Shown piece by piece: positions 38,947 to 48,652 of a DNA stretch of 64,000 nt. A program made the position numbers and the translations under genes. The stretch comes from Candidatus Hikarchaeum yamanae (GTDB lineage Archaea; Halobacteriota; Halobacteria; Halobacteriales; Hikarchaeaceae), in assembly GCA_009889635.1 (NCBI GenBank), contig WTZQ01000002.1:17097-81096 (forward strand). The letters are read 5' to 3'. The first letter of the stretch is position 1, and each line of letters opens with the position of its first letter. The notes under the pieces were generated by a model. That model ran no database searches and was not told the origin of the DNA. It saw nothing but the letters and a program-made list of their open reading frames with translations.

Positions 38947-39768
38947 CTAGGGGCTAGGTGGGACGCTTCTCTTATGTTCGCTCAACTCATACATTTTCTG
39001 TACTTCTAGTACCTCCTTTCCATCTATTTCTAATATTTTTTGTACTTCTCCAACTGGCATTTTCTGTTCAATCAATAAATATAGAATCAAATCCAAAATA
39101 TCATATCCCATGCCCAGTTCCTTTTCATCTGTCTGTCCTTCCCATAACCCTGCAGTCGGCGCTTTAGTGATATACTTATTCGGTACTCCCACCCACTCCG
39201 CCAACTGTCTAACTTGGCATTTATAGAGATTCCCTATAGGGTGGCAATCCACTGCACCATCTCCATACTTTGTAAAATATCCTATCAATGCTTCTGTTCT
39301 GTTCCCCGTTCCTATCACTATCGAATTATTAGCATTTGCCATGCGATACAAAACGATCGCCCTCACTCTTCCCCTCAAATTTCCTATTACTCTATCTTCT
39401 ATCTCGTCTATTTCTTTTTTTACCCCCCCTTTCCCCATGGAAGATTCTATTTCTTCAACAATAGATTCAATTTCAATCACACTATGTTCTATTTTTATAT
39501 CATTTGCAACTTGAATTGCATCCTTCATATTTTCCTTTTTATTCACTTTACTTGGCATTACCACTCCATATACGCCCCCCACTCCAAGTGCTTCTACCGC
39601 CAAGTAAGCCGTAAGAGTACTATCAATTCCACCTGATAAACCTATAACTACTCCTTCTGCTCCTGCATCAATCACGCTTTTTCCAATAAACTGAATTATG
39701 CGTTCTTTAGTATGTTCCAACTCTTGTTCTGTCAACTCCAAATCAGAAATCCCATGTCCCGCTAGCAT
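38947..39768 (-). CDS. nadE: NH3-dependent NAD+ synthetase
   Basis: PP-loop GLSGGIDSTLTAYL. 273 aa. Confidence 0.9.
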   Translation of the reverse strand: MLAGHGISDLELTEQELEHTKERIIQFIGKSVIDAGAEGVVIGLSGGIDSTLTAYLAVEALGVGGVYGVVMPSKVNKKENMKDAIQVANDIKIEHSVIEIESIVEEIESSMGKGGVKKEIDEIEDRVIGNLRGRVRAIVLYRMANANNSIVIGTGNRTEALIGYFTKYGDGAVDCHPIGNLYKCQVRQLAEWVGVPNKYITKAPTAGLWEGQTDEKELGMGYDILDLILYLLIEQKMPVGEVQKILEIDGKEVLEVQKMYELSEHKRSVPPSP

Positions 39769-39870
39769 GGGTTTCTATAAGTACTCCAACAGATAATACC
39801 CGATCGATCTTTCCGTTTACATAACAAACAGTACTCTAACGCATCCTCATATGCGAATCAATCATAATTC

Positions 39871-39941
39871 GCGCCGATAGTCTAGTGGTATGACCTGAGC
39901 TTCCCAAGCTCATGGCCCGGGTTCAATTCCCGGTCGGCGCA
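39871..39941 (+). tRNA. tRNA-Gly (anticodon CCC), no intron, CCA not encoded
   Basis: Manual cloverleaf: acceptor GCGCCGA/TCGGCGC, anticodon stem TGAGC/GCTCA with loop TTCCCAA, T arm CCGGG-TTCAATT-CCCGG. Confidence 0.9.
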
Positions 39942-39996
39942 TTCCACTTATCCCCATTAGTCACTTATTTCACCACCCAACTCATTTCGAGTAATA

Positions 39997-40902
39997 ATGG
40001 CAAGTGCTTCTGGAAAAAAACCATCCTGGTTAAAAATTTCTCTACCTTCCGGATCCCAATTTACTCACATCAAACAGACCCTGCGAAAATATGACCTTCA
40101 TACTGTATGTGAAGAAGCGCATTGTCCTAACATTGGAGAATGTTGGTCTGGAAAAAAATCCCCTGGAACTGCGACTTTCATGTTGATGGGAGACAGATGC
40201 TCCCGGACATGTAATTTTTGCAATGTAACGACTGGTGGGATGCTACCTCTAGACCCCGACGAACCTCTAAACATCGCATCTGCTATTTCTGAACTAAATC
40301 TAGACTATGCGGTATTAACATCTGTCAATCGAGATGATTTGCCAGACCAAGGAGTGGGCCATTTCGCAAAAACAATCAAAGCAATTCGAAGTCTCAATCC
40401 TAATACTTTGATAGAAACTCTGATACCCGATTTCCAATCCGAATTGGGTTTACTTGACAAAATCATTGCGGCAAAGCCAGATGTGATAGCTCATAATATA
40501 GAAACTGTGGAGCGGCTCCAATGGCCGATCCGAGATAGAAGGGCCGGCTACGAACAATCTTTATCTGTACTGGATTATATCAATTCAACTTCTGATATCT
40601 ATACTAAATCTTCTTTAATGCTGGGTCTGGGAGAATATGATGGAGAAGTCTACCAAACCCTATCGGACCTCAGAGAAAACGGTGTAAATTTTGTAACTTT
40701 GGGTCAATATTTACAACCCTCCCCCCGGCATTTAGAAGTATTTGAATATGTCTCCCCACTCAAATTTGAGACCTGGAAATATGTCGCTGAAGATGAACTA
40801 AAATTTTTATATTGTGCCAGCGGACCTCTGGTTCGATCTTCTTATCGAGCGGGTGAATTTTTCATCCGATCTTTAATCTCAAATTCTACCACCTCCGCAT
40901 GA
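39997..40902 (+). CDS. lipA: lipoyl synthase
   Basis: Auxiliary cluster CEEAHCPNIGECW and radical-SAM CSRTCNFC. Confidence 0.95.
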   Translation: MASASGKKPSWLKISLPSGSQFTHIKQTLRKYDLHTVCEEAHCPNIGECWSGKKSPGTATFMLMGDRCSRTCNFCNVTTGGMLPLDPDEPLNIASAISELNLDYAVLTSVNRDDLPDQGVGHFAKTIKAIRSLNPNTLIETLIPDFQSELGLLDKIIAAKPDVIAHNIETVERLQWPIRDRRAGYEQSLSVLDYINSTSDIYTKSSLMLGLGEYDGEVYQTLSDLRENGVNFVTLGQYLQPSPRHLEVFEYVSPLKFETWKYVAEDELKFLYCASGPLVRSSYRAGEFFIRSLISNSTTSA

Positions 40903-40960
40903 TACTATATTTCCCATTCCTCTACTTTATACGGACAGAAAAGATGATTATTTATGAATA

Positions 40961-42361
40961 ATGGAAAACAATAATGGTCCAATTTCAACAGACCTTCTCA
41001 TAATTGGATCTGGACCAGGTGGGCATGAAGCCGCACTACGTGCTAGCCAACTGGGCCTCGATGTCACATTGGCAGAAATGAATAAATATGGAGGAGTATG
41101 TGTCCACAGTGGTTGTATGCCTTCCAAAGCCCTCATCGGAGCAACCAACCTGGCATATAGCATGTCCCATGCAGAAAATATGGGCATTACCTCCTCCCAT
41201 TCGATCGATTTCACCCAATTGAATTCTTGGAAAAATGGGATTGTTTCTCAATTGGAACGGCAAATAGAAAAAATGTGTCTGGCCAAGAAAATTAATTTAC
41301 TCCACGGAGCAATAACTTTCTTAACTACTACTTCTGCAAGATTAACCCCCCCTTCTCCCCATCCCCTCCGTGACATCTCCTTCAAACATGCAATAATAGC
41401 AACCGGAAGTAGGCCCACTGAACTATCTGGATTTGAATTCGATTCTAACAATATTATTAGTTCTAAAACTGCTCTGTCTCTAAAATCAATCCCTGAAAAA
41501 TTAGTCATCGTTGGAGCTGGATATATCGGAATGGAGCTATCTGCTTTATTCGCCAAACTTGGATCTCACGTCGATGTCATTGAACTACAACACAAAATAC
41601 TCCCTAACTATGAGGATGATATTTCCAAACTAGTTCAAAAACATTCCGAACACATCGGAATAAATTTTCACTTCGGCGAATCTGTTTCGTCTTGGTCCAA
41701 ATCTAAATCTAGAATCACAATAACAACCACCACTCCCACTGGAGATACTCACGATTACTCTTGTGACAAAGCCATAGTTGCAGTCGGGAGGACTCCTGTA
41801 ACTGAAACCCTCGATCTAGATGCAATTTCACTCAAACCAGATTCGCATGGTTTTATTCCCGTCGACAACCAGTGCCGTACTTCGATTTCAAATATATTCG
41901 CTATAGGAGATGTCGCTGGCCCACCTATGCTGGCCCATAAAGCTAGTATGGAAGGAAAAATAGCAGCAGAAGCCATCTCAAATAAAAATGTTATTTCAAA
42001 TAATACTTCCGTCCCTTCAGTAGTTTTTACCACTCCTGAAATTGGCACTGTGGGTTTGACCAAACTACAAGCCGAGGAAGAAGGTTTGGATGTTTCTATC
42101 GGAAAAGTTCCTTATAGCGCCCTCGGTAGAGCACACCTAACGAATGAACCCATAGGATTCGTTCGAATAGTTTCTGAAGCATCCACTGGATCTGTCATTG
42201 GAGGGCAAATAGTGGGGCCCTCTGCATCTGAACTCATAGCTGAAATTGGACTTGCAATTCAATCAAAGACCACCACCTCCGATTTAGCAAACACAATTCA
42301 TGCCCACCCCACATTCTCTGAGTTAATAGCCACAGCCGCTAGAATTGCATCTAATCGTTAA
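40961..42361 (+). CDS. lpdA: dihydrolipoyl dehydrogenase (E3)
   Basis: FAD motif IIGSGPGGHEAA, redox disulfide GGVCVHSGCMPSKAL, C-terminal HAHPTFSE. Confidence 0.85.
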   Translation: MENNNGPISTDLLIIGSGPGGHEAALRASQLGLDVTLAEMNKYGGVCVHSGCMPSKALIGATNLAYSMSHAENMGITSSHSIDFTQLNSWKNGIVSQLERQIEKMCLAKKINLLHGAITFLTTTSARLTPPSPHPLRDISFKHAIIATGSRPTELSGFEFDSNNIISSKTALSLKSIPEKLVIVGAGYIGMELSALFAKLGSHVDVIELQHKILPNYEDDISKLVQKHSEHIGINFHFGESVSSWSKSKSRITITTTTPTGDTHDYSCDKAIVAVGRTPVTETLDLDAISLKPDSHGFIPVDNQCRTSISNIFAIGDVAGPPMLAHKASMEGKIAAEAISNKNVISNNTSVPSVVFTTPEIGTVGLTKLQAEEEGLDVSIGKVPYSALGRAHLTNEPIGFVRIVSEASTGSVIGGQIVGPSASELIAEIGLAIQSKTTTSDLANTIHAHPTFSELIATAARIASNR

Positions 42362-42424
42362 TGAATTATGCCATATAACCCCTAACGATGACCTTTTTAC
42401 CCTTAATGAAGTAGCCTGTGGAAG

Positions 42425-43231
42425 ATGAGCATACTTACATTAGGACCTGCTGGAACCTATTCCCATAGAGTTTCTCTATCTTTTTCCGACGATATAGTAT
42501 TCCGCAACTCGGTAACCGCTATTGTAAAAGATGTTTCTGATGGTACTTTCGATAAAGGTATTATCCCCGTAGAAAATAGCATCGAAGGATCTGTTACGGA
42601 GAGTCTCTCCTCTCTGGTGGATCACGACATAGCTATACTTGAAGAAGTAGTCGCCCCAATACAACACGCTCTCTTAGCCCAATCGACAACTTTTGACACT
42701 ATCACAAGCCATCCCCAAGCACTAGCACAATGCCGCAATTTTATCACTTCAAACTACCCCGATTTAAAACTCGAACCAACAACTAGCACTGCAAGTGGTA
42801 TCGATAGAGCAACCGAAGATGATTCTATCGCAGCAATTGGACATCCTCAAAGCTCCAATGAAAAATTAAAAACCTTGGCTAAAAACATCCAAGATCAATC
42901 TTCCAACTCCACTAGATTTTTCGTCATAGCCCCTCCTACAAAACGTCAAAAACTTGGGAAAAAAACCTCTGTTATCATCTATCCTCAAAGTGATTATTCT
43001 GGTTTATTACTCAAAATTCTTCAAACTTTCGCTGACCAAGATATCAACTTAACCCGAATTGAATCCCGCCCCAGTGGGAATAAACTTGGAGATTACTTAT
43101 TTCATATAGATTTTGAAGCAAGTTCTGATGAAAGTAGAACCCTGGAAGTTTTTTCAAATCTTCACGCTATCGTAAGTGAAAATGGATGGGTCAGATCCCT
43201 TGGTTCTTACAATGTGACCCACCTTTCTTGA
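42425..43231 (+). CDS. pheA: prephenate dehydratase with ACT domain
   Basis: LGPAGTYSH N-terminus, TRF box NSTRFFVI, ACT-region TRIESRPSG. Confidence 0.85.
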   Translation: MSILTLGPAGTYSHRVSLSFSDDIVFRNSVTAIVKDVSDGTFDKGIIPVENSIEGSVTESLSSLVDHDIAILEEVVAPIQHALLAQSTTFDTITSHPQALAQCRNFITSNYPDLKLEPTTSTASGIDRATEDDSIAAIGHPQSSNEKLKTLAKNIQDQSSNSTRFFVIAPPTKRQKLGKKTSVIIYPQSDYSGLLLKILQTFADQDINLTRIESRPSGNKLGDYLFHIDFEASSDESRTLEVFSNLHAIVSENGWVRSLGSYNVTHLS

Positions 43232-43291
43232 TAACTTTAAACAAAAAATCAATTAGAAAGGTGTTTTTGTTACTAAGTTCAATTCTCCATT

Positions 43292-43735
43292 ATGACTCTT
43301 AATGTTGGAGATCAAATATCTGAAGTAAGCGCCCCAAATCAAAAAGGTGAAACAATGACTCTTTCTTTCAGCGACCCCACTGTCGTGTATTTCTACCCCC
43401 GTGACGACACACCTGGGTGTACCACTGAGGCAGTTCAATTCAATGAATCACTCTCTCAATACGAAGCAATAGGGGCAGAAGTATATGGAGTATCTATGGA
43501 TTCTGTGGATTCTCATTCTTCCTTTTGCAACAAGTATGACTTAGAATTAAATCTCCTAGCCGACCCCGAAGGAATTGTAGCTACTCACTTTGGTTTTGAT
43601 ATCAGCGATGGCAAACCCGCACGAACCACTTTTATCATCTCTAATGGTTCCATCCAGGCAGTCTACAACAATGTCAAACCAGATGGCCATTCCGACGCTG
43701 TTCTGTCTAAACTCAATGAAATATTAGAAGACTAA
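43292..43735 (+). CDS. bcp: peroxiredoxin, Bcp-type
   Basis: YFYPRDDTPGCTTEA peroxidatic Cys motif. 147 aa. Confidence 0.85.
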   Translation: MTLNVGDQISEVSAPNQKGETMTLSFSDPTVVYFYPRDDTPGCTTEAVQFNESLSQYEAIGAEVYGVSMDSVDSHSSFCNKYDLELNLLADPEGIVATHFGFDISDGKPARTTFIISNGSIQAVYNNVKPDGHSDAVLSKLNEILED

Positions 43736-43821
43736 TTTCAATTTTTCTTACTTTCGCCGTCTCACATCACATCAAGACAAATTTCGAGTTCTTTTAACTC
43801 TAGGATATAAAACAATGTACT

Positions 43822-46653
43822 ATGGAATACCAACCATCCTCCATTGAGAACAAGTGGAAGGATCGGTGGATGTCAAATGGGACTTATGAGGCAAACCCTA
43901 GTAATAATGAATCCACATTCATAACCGTTGCATATCCTTATCCTAGTGGCGGAATGCACATTGGACACGCACGCACTTACGCTGTACCTGATGTCTATGC
44001 AAGATACCGTAGACTTTGTGGAGAATCTGTTCTTTTTCCAATGGCTTGGCATGTCACTGGAACTCCTATAGTTGGGGCAGTCGAACGTTTAAAAAAAAGG
44101 GAGCCTGAACAACTATCGGTACTTCAAGATATTTTTGGTGTCTCCGATGAAGAATTAGACGAACTCAAAACACCAATGGGGTTCGCACACCATTTTATAG
44201 ACAATCATTACCGAATAGGCATGAAAAACCTTGGTCTCAGTATTGATTGGAGACGTGAATTCACAACCAACGATGAACGTTATTCAAAGTTTATTACCTG
44301 GCAATACGACACTCTCCACAACCGCGGATTACTCGAAAAAGGATTGCATCCCGTTAAGTTTTGCACGAATGAAAAGAATCCCGTAACTACTCATGACATC
44401 CTCCGAGGAGAAAATGCGGAATTTCAAGAGTATACTTTAATCAAATTCAAATGGGGTGATTTTATAATTCCCATGGCAACTCTCCGACCTGAAACGATCA
44501 GGGGAGTAACCAACGCTTTTGTTAATCCAAACTCCATCTATGTTGAAGCAAATGTAGATGGGGAAAAATGGATTATTTCCAAAGAAGCTGCTGGTAAATT
44601 TTCACTCCAAGCCAGGAATGTAACTATTGAACGCGAAGTCCTTTCTGAGACATTAATTGGTGAGTTTATACAAAACCCAATCACAGAAGAATCTGTAATT
44701 ATTTTACCAGCTACATTTGTCGATTCTGACAACGCAACTGGGGCCGTGATGTCTGTCCCTGCACATAGTCCTGATGATTGGCTCGCGTTGACTGAAGCAA
44801 AACAAAATATAGAGCAGATGTCTGCTTATGGAATTAAACCAAAATCACTCGAAAATATCACACCCATTTCCATTTTAACAGTGGAGGGTTATGGTGAATT
44901 CCCAGCAAAAGATATAGTTGAATCATTCGGGATAACGACATCAAACGATCCTCTGCTCAAACAAGCAACACATGAACTGTATAACAAAGAATTCCACTCT
45001 GGTATCCTCCGGGATTTTTATGGAATTTATTCTGGTGAAACAGTAGAGAAAGCACGAGATCAAATTAAACAAGACTACCTAGAACTTGATCTATTCGACA
45101 CCATGTACGAGTTTACAGAAGATGTCGTCTGTCGCTGCGGTGGAAGTGTAGAAGTGGCGACCCAAGAAACATGGTTCCTTCGATACAACGACGATTCCTG
45201 GCGAAAAAAAGCAATAAACATCGTTGATCAACTCGATGGGATTCCTCAAAACACCAAAAACGAATATTATCGAACGATTGATTGGCTAAAAGAGTGGCCT
45301 TGCATTCGAAACTATGGCCTAGGGACACACTTACCTTGGGACCCTGATTACGTCATCGAACCCCTCTCCGATTCCACTTTGTATATGGCCTATTATACTA
45401 TCTCTCATCATCTCAATTCTATTCCTGCAGATGACTTGACCCACGAATTCTTCGACGCTTTATTCTTCGGACCAACAGCAGTAGCTTCTCCAGACCCCCG
45501 TGCACTTGAACTTAGGAAAGAATGGGAATACTGGTACCCAATTAATTACAGATGCTCCGCAAACGATCTCATCAGCAATCACCTAACTTTCTTTTTATAT
45601 CACCACGCTGAATTTTTCGATGAATCCCATTGGCCCAATGGAATAATGGTAATGGGAATGGGTTTATTGGAAGGGGAAAAAATGTCTTCTTCTAAAGGTC
45701 ACGTCGTTCTAGTCGAAGAAGCTGTTAATAAATATGGATCTGACACCGTTCGATTTTTCTTATTGAGCTCTGCCGAACCTTGGCAAGATTACGATTGGAG
45801 ATCCGACCAAGTAGATGTAATTAGAACCCAATTATTCCGTTTTTGGAATCGCTCTTTCGATGTTATCTCGCTCCCCACAGCTGATCAGAATTTGAGCAAA
45901 CCTGATAAATGGCTACTATCAAAACTTAATCAAATCATTGAAAAAACTACCTCTTCGCTAGATCGATTCGAAACGAGAACAGCTAGTCAAGCTGTCTTCT
46001 ATGAACTGGAGGAGCACATAAAATGGCACAATCGAAGAAGTGTCTTCACAAAATCCAATTGGGCCCTACGAGAAGTATTAAGAACCCGTCTAATCATGCT
46101 CTCTCCTTTCATGCCGTTCCTGTCTAATGAATTACACGAACTCTTGACCGGGGATCCTCTAGACACTGCCAGCTGGCCAAACACATCTCTTGAATTTGAT
46201 GCCCCTTTAATAGAACTTGAAGAAGATTTGATACGTGCTCTTCTTTCAGACATACACGAAGTTAAAAATGTAATCAACAAAAATCCATCTCTGATTAGCA
46301 TTTACACACCAGCCCCTTGGAAATATCAAGTACTAGAAACTCTCATTGATTCAAATTTAGATTTGGGGGTGGCTATGGGCATCTTAATGCAAAACGACGA
46401 ATTACGTCCATTTGGCAATGAAATTAAGCGGCTTTCAACCACTTTACTGACATACCTCCGACAACAACCCCCTGAACGATTGTCCTTGTTAAAATCAATC
46501 GAAGAATCCAATCTGTATTCTTCTGCCAAAGACTTCTTCGAAAAAGAACTAGGAGTGACAATAGAATTTCACACCGAAGATGAAAATTCCATAGACCCTT
46601 CTGGAAAAGCGGCCCAATCTGCCCCCTTCCGGCCTGGAATCTATATGGAATAA
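43822..46653 (+). CDS. leuS: leucine--tRNA ligase
   Basis: HIGH (GGMHIGHARTY) and KMSKS (KMSSSKGH) motifs. 943 aa, archaeal architecture. Confidence 0.95.
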   Translation: MEYQPSSIENKWKDRWMSNGTYEANPSNNESTFITVAYPYPSGGMHIGHARTYAVPDVYARYRRLCGESVLFPMAWHVTGTPIVGAVERLKKREPEQLSVLQDIFGVSDEELDELKTPMGFAHHFIDNHYRIGMKNLGLSIDWRREFTTNDERYSKFITWQYDTLHNRGLLEKGLHPVKFCTNEKNPVTTHDILRGENAEFQEYTLIKFKWGDFIIPMATLRPETIRGVTNAFVNPNSIYVEANVDGEKWIISKEAAGKFSLQARNVTIEREVLSETLIGEFIQNPITEESVIILPATFVDSDNATGAVMSVPAHSPDDWLALTEAKQNIEQMSAYGIKPKSLENITPISILTVEGYGEFPAKDIVESFGITTSNDPLLKQATHELYNKEFHSGILRDFYGIYSGETVEKARDQIKQDYLELDLFDTMYEFTEDVVCRCGGSVEVATQETWFLRYNDDSWRKKAINIVDQLDGIPQNTKNEYYRTIDWLKEWPCIRNYGLGTHLPWDPDYVIEPLSDSTLYMAYYTISHHLNSIPADDLTHEFFDALFFGPTAVASPDPRALELRKEWEYWYPINYRCSANDLISNHLTFFLYHHAEFFDESHWPNGIMVMGMGLLEGEKMSSSKGHVVLVEEAVNKYGSDTVRFFLLSSAEPWQDYDWRSDQVDVIRTQLFRFWNRSFDVISLPTADQNLSKPDKWLLSKLNQIIEKTTSSLDRFETRTASQAVFYELEEHIKWHNRRSVFTKSNWALREVLRTRLIMLSPFMPFLSNELHELLTGDPLDTASWPNTSLEFDAPLIELEEDLIRALLSDIHEVKNVINKNPSLISIYTPAPWKYQVLETLIDSNLDLGVAMGILMQNDELRPFGNEIKRLSTTLLTYLRQQPPERLSLLKSIEESNLYSSAKDFFEKELGVTIEFHTEDENSIDPSGKAAQSAPFRPGIYME

Positions 46654-46727
46654 TACCTATAGTTCACCAAATATTTCTATTTTTACAAATTCAAACGTTT
46701 ATTTCCCCCCTCACATATACTTCCTAT

Positions 46728-46937
46728 ATGGACCCCTCTGATACCCAACCAAACAAGCTTCTCAGAACCGTAACCGCTCCCTATCTGAGCCGATCAAACA
46801 GTGAAATGAACATCATGTCGATGTTGTATGGCCTCGGGTTAATCTTAATTCTAATTCCACTTCTCCCTTTCATCATAATTCTCTGGTCCTTATCCGTCCT
46901 ACGCACCACTACTCAACGTATATTTGGTCTAAAATAA
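46728..46937 (+). CDS. small hypothetical membrane protein (69 aa)
   Basis: ORF with one long hydrophobic stretch MLYGLGLILILIPLLPFIIILWSLSVL. No homology recognised. Confidence 0.35.
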   Translation: MDPSDTQPNKLLRTVTAPYLSRSNSEMNIMSMLYGLGLILILIPLLPFIIILWSLSVLRTTTQRIFGLK

Positions 46938-47146
46938 CCCGTCGATTATATCTCTTACTGTCTTTTTAATTTCATTTTTATTACCAACTCTATTTATGAT
47001 TAATCGTTATAATTATCTCAATGATGTCCTTATATGGCCATTCACGCCGTTCTAGTCAGACGTTTTAAGACAATAAACGATCTATTTTACGTTAATCAGC
47101 GACGATCAGAAATGCTTAAGGTCTTCCCGGAAGCGTCTTTTACTGT

Positions 47147-48529
47147 ATGAGCGTCGCAGACTCTCTCGCCAAACGTTTTGGTTTTAAAAAAGCAAAGACA
47201 GACTTAAGAACAGAGGTCATTGCCGGGATCACCACATTCCTTACAATGTCCTACATTGTCATCCTTAATCCTGCGATTTTAGGAGCGGCAATTCAAATCG
47301 ATGGGTACAGTGCCGCCCAAGTCACTCAGATGCTCGCCATTGTGACTCTACTTTCTGCTGCAGTAGCATGTTTAGTAATGGCATTCTATGCCAACCGCCC
47401 ATTCGGATTGGCACCTGGATTAGGATTGAACGCGTTCTTCGCGTTCACCGTGGTATTAGGAATGGGAATTGCGTGGGAAGTCGCCCTCGCAGCCGTTGTG
47501 GTTGAAGGGGTAATCTTCATTATCATAACCGCTGCAGGCTGGAGAGACGCCATTATCGCAGCAATCCCAAAACCTGTGAAGTTCTCCGTCGGTGCTGGTA
47601 TCGGGCTTTTCTTAGCAATTATCGGGCTTCAAGCAATGCAAGTTATCACAGCTGACGCAGCAACTTTTGTAACACTTAATCCAAACCTCGCAGCAGACCC
47701 AATAGCGCTATTGTCGCTCCTAGGTCTGCTGGTAACATTCGTGCTCTATGCTCGGGGTGTAAAAGGATCCATAGTTATTGGTATCCTAGCCACCACTGTT
47801 CTCGCATACGCACTCACAGCTGTTGGAATAGGAGGCGACCTCGCGATCCCTGAAATCGCTGCTACTTCTTACAACATCACACCACTCGTTGGCGCGTTCG
47901 TTGGAGGGCTTACCGGTCTAAGTTCAGCATCGGCATTTGGATTCGCGTTGATCGTTTTCACGTTCTTCTTCGTGGACTTTTTCGATACAGCAGGAACCCT
48001 CATCGGAACCTCCCAACTAGGGGGATTCCTAGACAAGAAAGGAAACCTCAAAGAAATTGAAAAACCACTCATGGCAGATGCGATTGGTACTACCGTTGGT
48101 GGTATCCTCGGAACTTCAACTGTAACTACTTACATTGAATCTGCTACTGGTATTGAAGAAGGTGGAAAAACTGGAATGGTTGCACTTGTAGTTGGTGTCC
48201 TATTCCTAGTATCCATCGTTGCAGTGCCTATTGCAGCCGCTGTCCCACTCTATGCTTCTCACGTTGCACTTGTCCTCGTAGCTATCCTTATGCTACGTGG
48301 AGTAACCGATATAGACTGGAAAGATGTCACAAACTCAGTCCCAGCAGGACTTACTATTTTGATGATGCCTCTAACGTTCTCTATCGCCTATGGTATCGCA
48401 GCAGGACTTATATCCTACCCCATAGTTAAAGCAGCAAAAGAAGGTAGTCTCAATGCTGCAACCCCTGCACAATGGGGCCTTGCAGTCGCTTTCGTGATTT
48501 ACCTCTATGTAACCACAGGCGGATTGTAG
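47147..48529 (+). CDS. NCS2-family purine permease (AzgA/PbuG-like adenine/guanine/hypoxanthine transporter)
   Basis: N-terminus FKKAKTDLRTEVIAGITTFLTMSYIVILNP and about 12 TM segments are typical of the AzgA subfamily. Confidence 0.85.
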   Translation: MSVADSLAKRFGFKKAKTDLRTEVIAGITTFLTMSYIVILNPAILGAAIQIDGYSAAQVTQMLAIVTLLSAAVACLVMAFYANRPFGLAPGLGLNAFFAFTVVLGMGIAWEVALAAVVVEGVIFIIITAAGWRDAIIAAIPKPVKFSVGAGIGLFLAIIGLQAMQVITADAATFVTLNPNLAADPIALLSLLGLLVTFVLYARGVKGSIVIGILATTVLAYALTAVGIGGDLAIPEIAATSYNITPLVGAFVGGLTGLSSASAFGFALIVFTFFFVDFFDTAGTLIGTSQLGGFLDKKGNLKEIEKPLMADAIGTTVGGILGTSTVTTYIESATGIEEGGKTGMVALVVGVLFLVSIVAVPIAAAVPLYASHVALVLVAILMLRGVTDIDWKDVTNSVPAGLTILMMPLTFSIAYGIAAGLISYPIVKAAKEGSLNAATPAQWGLAVAFVIYLYVTTGGL

Positions 48530-48652
48530 AATCTTCAACAGGGAAGAATATTTTAATTTTAAACAAAACTTAGAACGAAAAAATAATCTCCCTTTCTTCT
48601 AAAACAAGAAAGGTAAGATATTCGTTCTTCGCATTCTTTTATCTGACATTGT

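Noticed and set aside
46938-47146. Possible purine riboswitch or structured leader, or a C/D-box sRNA, in the 209-bp AT-rich gap upstream of the purine permease
   Set aside because: I found only short elements: 5-bp arms CTTCC-C-GGAAG at 47123-47133, CGTTT/AAACG, and an imperfect C-box-like AATGATGT with no CTGA D box. Nothing resembles a known riboswitch core, and purine riboswitches are not established in archaea.
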